The notes under the pieces are model-generated. The model did not search any database, was not told where the DNA came from, and saw only the letters and a list, made by a program, of their open reading frames with translations. Below, piece after piece: positions 18,901 to 26,888 of a stretch of 64,000 bases of DNA (position 1 is the first letter of the stretch; each line of letters opens with the position of its first letter). A program made the translations under genes and the position numbers. The DNA is from an uncultured Candidatus Binatia bacterium (GTDB taxonomy: Bacteria > Desulfobacterota > Binatia > UBA9968 > JAJDTQ01), in the NCBI GenBank assembly GCA_965215605.1, contig OZ244070.1:1056001-1120000 (forward strand), given 5' to 3'.

Positions 18901-20847
18901 GTCGGAGACGCAGGCGGGTGTCTCGACCTGCGCCGCCTGTGCGTCTTGTTGCGGCGAGCCCTGGCCGGCTTCGACGGTGATCGTGACCCAGGCAAAGCCG
19001 TCAAGGATGCCGCGCCGCCTGCTCGTCGTTGACGTGCCGCCGCTCGAATTTGGACGTACCTCAAGCAGCACCTTTGGTATCGCGGCCAGCCTGAAATGCA
19101 TGACCGTGGGCGCCGCCGGGGCGGTGAAGGTGGCAGTTTGGCCGTTCCTCTGCACGCCTCCCTGGACGAACGTGGTCGAGTTCGGGCCGTCCACCTGCCG
19201 CCACCGCCAGGCAGTGTCGCTGCTGGCCCAGGGCCCGGGGGCCGTGCCCGAAAGGGTGACCTGTTCCCCGGTGGCCACCGTCTGGTCGGTGCCGGCATTC
19301 GTCGCCGGCCTGAACGGGGCACCGGGGTTGCCTTCCATCCAATGTGTCGCCAACGCCAGATTGTTCTTGAACACGCCATCCGGCAGCACAGCGAGCCTGT
19401 TGTCATTCAGATACAGAACCCTGAGATTTGTGAGACTGTCAAAGATGCCCGCCGGCAGCGTCGGCAGCTGGTTTCTGTCCAAATCCAGCGTCATCAACCC
19501 CGCGAGGTCGTCGAAGATGCCCGCCGGCAGCGTTGTCAGGCTGTTTCGATCCATCCGCAGGCGCTTCAGATTGGTGAGCCCGTCGAAATCGCCCGCCTTC
19601 AGGCTGCTCAACCCCTTATTGAATAAATTCAGGGGGTTGCTGTGGACGTCGCCGCTGATGGCCGCCAGATGTGTGTCGGTCACGTCGCGGCAGTGGATGC
19701 CGCCGCCGATCATGCGGACAATCTCGTCGCGCACCGCCTTCGTGCGCCCGCAGATGCCGCCATCAAACATCCTCGCCACGATGTCAAAGGCGGGAATTGA
19801 ATCATCCTTGCGGCCAGTGGCGTAACGCCGGGTCCTCTGGTCGTAGAACGGTCCGTTGAAGGAGTGCCTTATCGTGAAATGCTCGTCGTTATCGTCATCG
19901 TCATGAGGCACGTTGACAATAATCGTTTTGGTCTTGCCCCCGGGTTTCAGCCAGTCGGACCGGGTCCATGTCACGCTCGCCGGATTGAACGTAACGTCGC
20001 CGTCGCGTGTTTCCGGGCCGAAATTGTGATGCGGCCACTGGTAATCGACGCTGGGCGTGACCGTGAGGGTTTCCCCTGGCTTCGGGGGCTGGTGCAGGGT
20101 CAGGTTGTATGACGTCTTCCCGTCTTCATCGACATTGAGACAGCCGTCGTACTTGTAGGGGCAACTCGGAATTTCGATCCGGCCATGGGTGACCTGGATT
20201 TCATGGGTGATCTGGGCATCGAATACGCCATCAAGATTACTGTCGATCTTCACGATCAGGGTGTCGGGCCTGAGGGCAGTCTCAAAGACCAGTGTTCCGG
20301 AAGAATTTCGAGCGCTGCGGGTTCTTCCGACGATCCCCACGGTGTAGCCCGTGTTCCACATGTCACGCTCGATTTCCATGTCGTATGTCGTTCGGCTTGC
20401 GGATTTCATTCTGGGCTGTGACCAGCCGTCTACACGAGCGAATCTGATCGGCTCGTTGCCGCGCAGGAACCGATACGAGCGCTTCGTCTGCGTTGTGATT
20501 TGCACATGGACTAGATCCGTAGGCTGCTTGTTAAGCTTGACGGTAAAATTGCGATCCCGGTCCAAGCTGAGCATCATGGGCTCGGTTGCGGTATCCAGGT
20601 CGATCACGGGTAGCACCTGCTGCGCCTGAGCGTGATCGCTTTCAGCGAACCCGAGCACCAGCGCCAAGCAAAGCGCCACCGGCACCAAGCCGCGCAGCAA
20701 ACGGCGGGCAGACGCGAGGGGCTTGCCGCGTTTATCAACCCCTGCGCTGCGGCCATGTGCGTCGCGGCCGCTGCGCGCGCCCAAGAGCGCTGCGAACCCC
20801 GCTCCCATCGCTCGGGCGGCTGCCCTGACTTCGCTCGCCATGTTCAT
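15970..20847 (-). CDS. Large modular surface protein: LRR, Ig/PKD-like and Calx-beta-like repeats with an autotransporter-like C-terminal beta-barrel
   Basis: GGAGG RBS before MNMASE; extended signal region; 24-aa LRRs; repeated VATxDDxADExDGS units; Gly/aromatic beta-strand C-terminus ending in W. Confidence 0.8.
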   Translation of the reverse strand: MNMASEVRAAARAMGAGFAALLGARSGRDAHGRSAGVDKRGKPLASARRLLRGLVPVALCLALVLGFAESDHAQAQQVLPVIDLDTATEPMMLSLDRDRNFTVKLNKQPTDLVHVQITTQTKRSYRFLRGNEPIRFARVDGWSQPRMKSASRTTYDMEIERDMWNTGYTVGIVGRTRSARNSSGTLVFETALRPDTLIVKIDSNLDGVFDAQITHEIQVTHGRIEIPSCPYKYDGCLNVDEDGKTSYNLTLHQPPKPGETLTVTPSVDYQWPHHNFGPETRDGDVTFNPASVTWTRSDWLKPGGKTKTIIVNVPHDDDDNDEHFTIRHSFNGPFYDQRTRRYATGRKDDSIPAFDIVARMFDGGICGRTKAVRDEIVRMIGGGIHCRDVTDTHLAAISGDVHSNPLNLFNKGLSSLKAGDFDGLTNLKRLRMDRNSLTTLPAGIFDDLAGLMTLDLDRNQLPTLPAGIFDSLTNLRVLYLNDNRLAVLPDGVFKNNLALATHWMEGNPGAPFRPATNAGTDQTVATGEQVTLSGTAPGPWASSDTAWRWRQVDGPNSTTFVQGGVQRNGQTATFTAPAAPTVMHFRLAAIPKVLLEVRPNSSGGTSTTSRRRGILDGFAWVTITVEAGQGSPQQDAQAAQVETPACVSDALLADAQKAATETWRTSPGHVERWSRVLAAFGESNAYSNNPMTITEAQAQADRGLQRWAPVAPALQCLAAAPQEQPEPAEVQPATPGTPVTPELSLSAGSAVDEGGQATFTLTANPAPGSDLTVPYTVAQSGEYLDTPGAGHRTVVLTAGATSGALSVATLDDAADEADGSVSVTLGTGTGYTVATGQGSAAVTVRDNDEPVVSLSAGSGVTEGASASFTVSASPVPAAPLDITLSVGQSGDFAASGETGSRTVTIPVTGSATVKVATVDDSADEPDGSITATVEAGTGYTVAASPDHAATVAVSDNDAAASGPTISIADASFKENQRTGYFTVTLSEKVDWPVSVHYATRDSSPVSAVAGQDYLAWQRSWRLRARFRPGETETQIYVRLYNDSHDEEPETFEMVLFDADVNGPPGVSVSIADGVAVGTITNSDPMPAAWLARFGRTAAEQALDGIAGRIAASRDAGVQGMIAGQALGFDPRSPRPQAGPDGSVGAANGNAAPGSLSGNGRLVQSDVARGRFGDGGPGSAFGHDTHGFAFGSSGAQSYSMTAREALLGSSFTTTGEKDGMGGSVAFWGRAAQSSFDGREGTFSLDGEATTAMLGADYGRGNWLAGLALMRSSGDGGYADSGSGSGAGNGTDSVRCPQPLDAEARRVLCSGAVREGDGGVEASLTAAVPYAALRVSDRLKLWGAVGYGAGDVTLEPEVGGSLTSDISWTMAAAGLRGDVIAPPAEGSGPALAVTSDSLWARTSSDKTHELAASDSDVTRFRLGLEGNWKAALARGSHLTPKLELGMRQDGGDAETGFGVEVGGGLAWVNPTLGLSLDLSGRTLISHASDDLEDQGFAASLAWDPGPATARGPSLTLTQDWGGAAQGGLDALFRADPLEDRTGSGETAARWTAEAAYGYPAFSGRFTGSPHVGLGLATGARDYSVGWRLTPATHANAPDVSFGLKGTRRESDWTEPEHTMGFEATARW
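19442..19533. repeat. Intragenic LRR-coding repeat (72-bp period)
   Basis: AAGATGCCCGCCGGCAGCGT at 19442-19461 and 19514-19533 (TLPAGIF units). Confidence 0.8.
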
Positions 20848-21007
20848 CGCGATCCCTCCGAACCTGTCGCCCGGCCTGCCGGTGCGCACAGCGCGCAAAT
20901 ATGCCGAGCGTCGCCTACCCAGTTTGGCGTATGCTGTACCGAACCAGCGGAAACCGCCGGCGCATTTTTGGATAATACGCGACAACGTCAATGGCAACCC
21001 AGAGCGG

Positions 21008-21199
21008 GTGTGGCAGGCCGCGAAGGCCCGGCAGGGGGAAATCTCCGAGCAATACGCCACGTCCATCGCGGCCACGCGCGCGGCTCATGCCAACCGCCTC
21101 AACAGCACCCATCGTCCCCGCTACCTGCTGTCGGGCCTGCTCGAATGCGGCGTGTGCGGCGGTTCCTACGCCAAGCGCGGCCAGGACCGCCCGATTTGA
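21008..21199 (+). pseudogene. Internal fragment of a large serine recombinase (zinc beta-ribbon region)
   Basis: VWQAAKARQ...RPRYLLSGLLECGVCGGSY is the typical recombinase/Zn-ribbon junction; no catalytic N-terminus, and a stop follows the first CxxC. Confidence 0.75.
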
Positions 21200-21231
21200 A
21201 CCCCCTGACGGATCGTGTTAACGCAACTCCG

Positions 21232-23301
21232 ATGGCGCGATATCGAGTAGCGGTGGACACCGGAGGAACCTTCTCTGACTTCGTTTTTTTCAACGAGGAC
21301 AGCGGCGAGATCAGCATCACCAAGGTGCCGTCGACCCCCAGGGAGCCGTTCCAGGCGGTGCTCGACGGGGTGCAGGAACTGCTCGACCAGGGCGTCCCGG
21401 CCGGGGACGTGACCTTCTTCTCCCACGGCACCACCGTGGGCACCAACGCGCTGCTGGAGGAGAAGGGAGCGGTCACCGGGCTGCTGGTGACCGAAGGGTT
21501 CCGCGGCATCTACGAGGTGATGGAGCAGAGCCGGGGCTACGGGCCGGTCACCTACGACCTCTTCTTCGAGAAACCGCGCCTGCTGGCCGCTCCCTTCACC
21601 ACCGAGGAGATCCGCGAGCGGGTGGATTTCCAGGGCAACGCGCTGACGCGGGTGGACCCTGAGCAGGCGGCGGAAGCCGTCCGCCGCCTCAAGGCCAAGG
21701 GCGTCGAATCCGTGGCCGTGTGCTTCCTGTTCTCTTTCCTGAACCTGGAACACGAGCTGGCGGTGAAGAAAATCATGGCCGAGGAATTCCCGGAGGCCAG
21801 CCTGTCGCTCTCCTGCGAGGTGCTGCCGCAGATCCGCGAGTTCTACCGGATGAGCACCACGGTCATCAACGCCTACATCGCGCCGGTGATGAGCCGCTAC
21901 CTGAACGCGCTGGAGACGCGTCTGCGGGAGCTGGGAGTGGCCACCCCCCAACTCTACATCATGCAGTCCAACGGCGGCGTGTCGACCTTCAGGACCTCTG
22001 CCCGGATTCCCGTGGCCACGGTGCTCTCCGGGCCGGCGGGCGGGGTTATCTCGTCGCTGGGGGCCAGCGGCAAGGTCGGCATCGACAACATCATCACCTT
22101 CGACATGGGCGGCACCAGTTGCGACGTGGCGCTGATCCACCAGGGCCGCCCGGTGGTCACCACCCAGGGGCGCATCAACCAGCGGCCCATCAGCCTGCCC
22201 ATGCTCGACATCCACACCGTGAGCGCGGGCGGCGGCACCATCGCCCGCATCGACTCGGTGGGGGCGCTCCAGGTGGGACCCGACAGCGCCGGCGCCGACC
22301 CCGGCCCCATTTGCTACGACCGGGGCGGCGAGAACGCCACCGTCACCGACGCCAACGTCATCCTGGGGGTGCTGGACCCCGACCACTTCCTCGGCGGCCG
22401 CCTCACCCTCGACAAGGCCAGGGCCGAGACGCTGGTGGATGAGCGCATCGCCAAACCGCTGGGGCTGAGCCTCCACGAGGCTGCGGACGGCGTTCTCCGG
22501 ATCATCAACGTCAAGATGGAAGAGGCCATCAAGGCAGTGTCGTCCCAGCGCGGCTACGACATCCGGGAGTTCACGCTGGTGGCCTTCGGCGGCGCCGGAC
22601 CGATGCACGCGGGCCGGCTGGCGCTGGACCTGGGCATCCCGACGCTGCTGGTGCCGCTCACGCCCGGGGTCAACTCGGCGTTGGGGCTGCTCATGTCGGA
22701 CGTGAAGCATGATCACGTGCGCTCCAAGCTGGCGCCCATGCAGGAGCTGGAGCCGGACGACATCAACAGCTTGTTCGACCAACTCATGGGCCAGGCCCGC
22801 GAGGAGCTGTCCGGAGAAGGGTTCCCGGACGAGGAGATCGTGCTGACGCCCTACCTGGACCTGCGCTACGCCGGGCAGGGCTACGAGCTGACGGTGCCCT
22901 GCCCGTACCCGCCGCTGAAGCCCGAGGACATGGAGCTGGCGCAGCAGCGCTTCCACGAGGTCCACGAACAGGCCCACGGCCACAAGGCCGAGTCCGAGCC
23001 GGTGGAGCTGGTGAGCGTGCGGCTGGTGTCCGAGGGGCGCGTGCCGCAGACCCGGCTGTCGCCGTTCCAGGCCACCGGGGCATCTGTGGACGGCGCCCGC
23101 ACCGGCGAGCGCCGAATCTTCTTCGGCCGGGACCTGGGTTTCCAGGACACGCCCATCTACGACCGGGACCGCCTGGAGCCGGGACACGAGCTGGCCGGCC
23201 CGGCAGTGGTGGAGCAGATGGACACCACCACCGTCATCCACCCGGAACAGCAGGCGCGGGTGGACGACTACAAGAACCTGCTCATCACGGCGAAGGGCTA
23301 A
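21232..23301 (+). CDS. Hydantoinase/oxoprolinase subunit A (ATP-binding)
   Basis: DTGGTFSD, HGTTVGTNA, SGPAGG, DMGGTS, SAGADPGP and AFGGAG motifs. Confidence 0.93.
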   Translation: MARYRVAVDTGGTFSDFVFFNEDSGEISITKVPSTPREPFQAVLDGVQELLDQGVPAGDVTFFSHGTTVGTNALLEEKGAVTGLLVTEGFRGIYEVMEQSRGYGPVTYDLFFEKPRLLAAPFTTEEIRERVDFQGNALTRVDPEQAAEAVRRLKAKGVESVAVCFLFSFLNLEHELAVKKIMAEEFPEASLSLSCEVLPQIREFYRMSTTVINAYIAPVMSRYLNALETRLRELGVATPQLYIMQSNGGVSTFRTSARIPVATVLSGPAGGVISSLGASGKVGIDNIITFDMGGTSCDVALIHQGRPVVTTQGRINQRPISLPMLDIHTVSAGGGTIARIDSVGALQVGPDSAGADPGPICYDRGGENATVTDANVILGVLDPDHFLGGRLTLDKARAETLVDERIAKPLGLSLHEAADGVLRIINVKMEEAIKAVSSQRGYDIREFTLVAFGGAGPMHAGRLALDLGIPTLLVPLTPGVNSALGLLMSDVKHDHVRSKLAPMQELEPDDINSLFDQLMGQAREELSGEGFPDEEIVLTPYLDLRYAGQGYELTVPCPYPPLKPEDMELAQQRFHEVHEQAHGHKAESEPVELVSVRLVSEGRVPQTRLSPFQATGASVDGARTGERRIFFGRDLGFQDTPIYDRDRLEPGHELAGPAVVEQMDTTTVIHPEQQARVDDYKNLLITAKG

Positions 23302-23312
23302 CGGGGGAAACC

Positions 23313-25100
23313 ATGGCACATCCGGAATCCAACACGGACACCGCCGCTTCCGCCGATCCCATCACCCTCCAGGTGATCCAGGCGCGGCTGGCCGGCATCG
23401 TGCAGGAAATGCAGAACTCGCTCTTCCGCACCGGCTTCTCCACCATCATCCGCGAGTCCCAGGACGCCAGTTGCGCCCTGCTCACCTGCGACGGCGAGGT
23501 GGCGGCGCAGCACGTCGTGCTGCCGCTCCACATGGGCGCGTTCCCGGCCTGCGCCCAAGGGATTCTGCGGAACTACCCGCCGGAGGAGATCCACGAGGGC
23601 GACGCCTACATCACCAACCATCCCTACCTCGGCGGCAGCCCCCACGCCCCGGACATGTGCGTGATGACGCCGATCTTCTTCAACGGCGAGTGGGTGGGTT
23701 TCTCCGCCACCATGGCCCACAAGAGCGACATCGGCGGACCGGTGCCCGGGAGTTGCTGGAGCCAGGCCCGGGAGGTCTACCAGGAAGGACTCCAGGTGCC
23801 GCCGGTGAAATACATCGACCGCTTCAGGACCAGCAAGGACATCGAGGAGATCATCGGCTGCAACAGCCGTACCCCGGAGCTGGTTGTGGGCGACATCCGC
23901 GGGCAGGTGGGGGCGGCGCGCCTGGGCGAGCGGCGTTTCGGCGAGATGATGGCCAAGTACGGCCGGGAGACCGTACTGGCCTGCTACGACCGCCTGTTCC
24001 AGCTCACCGAGGAGCGGGTGCGCAAGGAGATCTCGACCTGGCCGGACAGCAGCACTGAGGGCGAGCGCTTCCTGGACAGCGACGGCATCGACCTGGACAA
24101 GCCGGTGCGCATCCGGGTGCGCATCGACAAGAAGGGCGACCGGCTCCTGTTCGACTTCACCGGCAGCGCCGGCCAGACCCGCGGCCCGGCCAACATCCGG
24201 CCGTCGGTGGTGCGGGCGGCGTGCTCCTACTGCCTCACGGCCCTCACCGACCCCGCTCTGCCCACCAACCAGGGCTTGGCCCGGGTTGTGGAGGTCAACT
24301 GCCCCGAGGGGAGCGTGCTCAACCCCCGCTTCCCGGCGCCGGTGAACACCTACAACCCCACGGTCCACGCCCTGGTGGAGGCCCTGTTCGAGGCACTGAG
24401 CCGGCTCACCCCGGTCAAGAAGATCGCCGACGGCTGCGCCAGCCGCTCCATCATCATCGGCGGCAGGAACGAGAAGACCGGCCGCAGCTACGTCCAGTAC
24501 GAGATCTTCGGCGGCGGCTCCGGCGCCCGCACCGGCAAGGACGGCGTGTCGGGCACCAACGTCAACCAGTCCAACGCCCGCATCGCCCCCATCGAGATCA
24601 TCGAGTCGGAGTTCTCCACCCGCGTGCAGCGCTTCGAGTTGGTGCGGGACTCCGGCGGCGCCGGCCGGTTCCGCGGCGGCCTGGGCTTCGTCCGGGAGTA
24701 CGAGTTCCTCAACCCCGAGGGCCGCTTCTCGCTCCGCTCCACCAAGCACGTGGTGGCGCCCAAGGGCGTCGAAGGCGGCGGCAACGGCCGCACCGGCAAG
24801 GGCATCCTCAACCCCGGCTCGCGGGAAGAACGGGAAATCCCCTCCCGGTGCTCGGATGTCGCCGTGCGCCAGGCCGACGTCTTCCGTCTGGAGACCCCCG
24901 GAGGCGGCGGCCTCGGGGAGCCGCTGGAACGGGATGCCAAAGCCGTGATGCGGGACGTGAAGAACGGCTACGTGTCGGCGGAGAAAGCGCTGGACGTGTA
25001 CGGCGTGGCGGTGGAGGAGAGCAGCGCCAGCTTCGTCCTGGACGAGGCGCGGACCGCGGCCGTGCGGCAGGAACGGGCGGAGGTTCATGGAAATCACTGA
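23313..25100 (+). CDS. Hydantoinase B/oxoprolinase family protein (copy 1)
   Basis: FSTIIRESQD, NHPY, HAPD, HKSDIGG, DSGGAGRFRGG and TPGGGG motifs. Confidence 0.93.
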   Translation: MAHPESNTDTAASADPITLQVIQARLAGIVQEMQNSLFRTGFSTIIRESQDASCALLTCDGEVAAQHVVLPLHMGAFPACAQGILRNYPPEEIHEGDAYITNHPYLGGSPHAPDMCVMTPIFFNGEWVGFSATMAHKSDIGGPVPGSCWSQAREVYQEGLQVPPVKYIDRFRTSKDIEEIIGCNSRTPELVVGDIRGQVGAARLGERRFGEMMAKYGRETVLACYDRLFQLTEERVRKEISTWPDSSTEGERFLDSDGIDLDKPVRIRVRIDKKGDRLLFDFTGSAGQTRGPANIRPSVVRAACSYCLTALTDPALPTNQGLARVVEVNCPEGSVLNPRFPAPVNTYNPTVHALVEALFEALSRLTPVKKIADGCASRSIIIGGRNEKTGRSYVQYEIFGGGSGARTGKDGVSGTNVNQSNARIAPIEIIESEFSTRVQRFELVRDSGGAGRFRGGLGFVREYEFLNPEGRFSLRSTKHVVAPKGVEGGGNGRTGKGILNPGSREEREIPSRCSDVAVRQADVFRLETPGGGGLGEPLERDAKAVMRDVKNGYVSAEKALDVYGVAVEESSASFVLDEARTAAVRQERAEVHGNH

Positions 25101-25112
25101 CGGGATACGGAC

Positions 25113-26861
25113 ATGACCACCGACCCCATCATCGTCCAGGTCATCCGCGCCGCCCTGGACGGCATCGTGCAGGAGATGCAGACCTCGCTCTTCCGCACCG
25201 GCTTCTCCACCATCATCCGGGAATCCCACGACGCCAGTTGCGCGATCCTGAACACCAAGGCCGAGGTCATCGCCCAGCACGTGGTGCTGCCGCTCCACAT
25301 GGGCGCCTTCCCCGCCTGCGCGGAGGGCCTGCTGGAACGATTTCCACCGGATGAGCTGCGGGAAGGCGACGCCTACATCGTCAACCACCCCTACCGGGGC
25401 GGGAGCCCCCACGCCCCGGACATGGGCGTGCTGACGCCGGTCTTCTACCGGGGCGAGTGGGTGGGTTTTTGCGCCAGCATGGCCCACAAGAGTGACATCG
25501 GCGGCACCGTACCGGGCAGCGGCTCGGGCACCGCGCGAGAGATCTTCCAGGAAGGCCTGCACCTGCCGGCGGTGAAGTTCATGGACGAGGGCCGCCCCGT
25601 ACGAGAGATGGAATGGTTCATTCACGCCAACAGCCGCACGCCCGAGGTGGTGGTGGGCGACATCCGCGGCCAAGTGGGCGCCAACCGGCTCGGCGAAAGG
25701 CGCATGGCCGAGCTGTTGGACAAGTACGGCAAGGCCACGGTGGCGGCCAGTACCGAGGAACTGGCCGGCCACGCCGAGCGCCGGCTGCGCCAAGTCATCG
25801 CCTCCTGGCCCGACGGCCGTTACCAAGGCGAAGCCTGCGTCGACAACGACGGCATCGACCTGGACAAGCCGGTGCGCATCCGCGTCACCGTCGAGAAAAC
25901 CGGCGCCCGCATCCTGTTCGACTTCTCGGAATGCAGCCCCCATACCACCGGCCCGGCCAACATCCGCCCTCCCCTGGTGCGGGCCTGCTGCTACTACTGC
26001 CTCATCGCCCTCATCGACCCGTTCCTGCCCATCAACCAGGGCTTGGCTCGAGTGGTGGAAACCCGTTTCCGCCAGGGCACCGTGGTGTGCCCCGACTACC
26101 CCGCCGCGGTGAATGCCTACATGCCCACCGCCCTGGTGGTGGCCGAGGCCGTGCTCCAGGCCATGAGCACCCTGGTCCCGGACAAGACCATCGCCGAGGG
26201 CTCCGGCAGCGGCGCCATCGCCCTGGGCGGCCGCGCCCGTGACGGCAAGCGCAGCTACGTCCAGTACGAGATCTTCGCCGGCGGCGTCGGCGGCAGGAAC
26301 GGCAAGGACGGCGCCTCCGCCACCTCCTTCCACCTGAGCAACGGCAAGATCGCCCCCGTGGAGATCATCGAGTCCGAATTCCCCACCCGGGTGGAACGCT
26401 TCGAGCTCCTGCCCGACTCCGGCGGCCCCGGCCGCCACCGCGGCGGCCTCGGCTTCGTCCGCGAGTACCGAATCCTCCAGGACGAAGTCCGCTTCTCCAT
26501 GCGCACCGACAAGCACGCCCTCGCCCCCCAGGGCATCGACGGCGGCCACCCCGGCGGCACCGGCGGCTGCATCATCAACCCCGGCGGCGACGACGAACGC
26601 AGCATGCCGTCACGGTTCGGCGACCAGCGGCTGAAAACCGGCGACGTGCTGCGGGTGGAGCGGCCGGGCGGGGGCGGCGTGGGTGCCGCATTCGAACGAA
26701 GCCCGGAAGAGGTCGTGGAAGACGTACGGCAGGGGTACGTGTCGGTGGAGCGGGCACGGAGTGACTACCGGGTCGTGGTGCGTCCTCACAGCAGCGAGAT
26801 CATGCTGGATCCAGACGCGACCGGAGATCTGCGCGGCAAACAGAACCCCGGTGCGGGTTAG
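25113..26861 (+). CDS. Hydantoinase B/oxoprolinase family protein (copy 2)
   Basis: Same motif set as copy 1; clear tandem paralogue. Confidence 0.93.
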   Translation: MTTDPIIVQVIRAALDGIVQEMQTSLFRTGFSTIIRESHDASCAILNTKAEVIAQHVVLPLHMGAFPACAEGLLERFPPDELREGDAYIVNHPYRGGSPHAPDMGVLTPVFYRGEWVGFCASMAHKSDIGGTVPGSGSGTAREIFQEGLHLPAVKFMDEGRPVREMEWFIHANSRTPEVVVGDIRGQVGANRLGERRMAELLDKYGKATVAASTEELAGHAERRLRQVIASWPDGRYQGEACVDNDGIDLDKPVRIRVTVEKTGARILFDFSECSPHTTGPANIRPPLVRACCYYCLIALIDPFLPINQGLARVVETRFRQGTVVCPDYPAAVNAYMPTALVVAEAVLQAMSTLVPDKTIAEGSGSGAIALGGRARDGKRSYVQYEIFAGGVGGRNGKDGASATSFHLSNGKIAPVEIIESEFPTRVERFELLPDSGGPGRHRGGLGFVREYRILQDEVRFSMRTDKHALAPQGIDGGHPGGTGGCIINPGGDDERSMPSRFGDQRLKTGDVLRVERPGGGGVGAAFERSPEEVVEDVRQGYVSVERARSDYRVVVRPHSSEIMLDPDATGDLRGKQNPGAG

Positions 26862-26888
26862 CCATGATGGCAGTCTTGGTAGATCGTC

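Noticed and set aside
20632-21231. Apparent 200-aa N-terminal extension of hydantoinase A in ORF 20632..23301
   Set aside because: Family similarity starts at MARYRVAVDTGG (21232); the extension overlaps the adhesin start and the recombinase relic.
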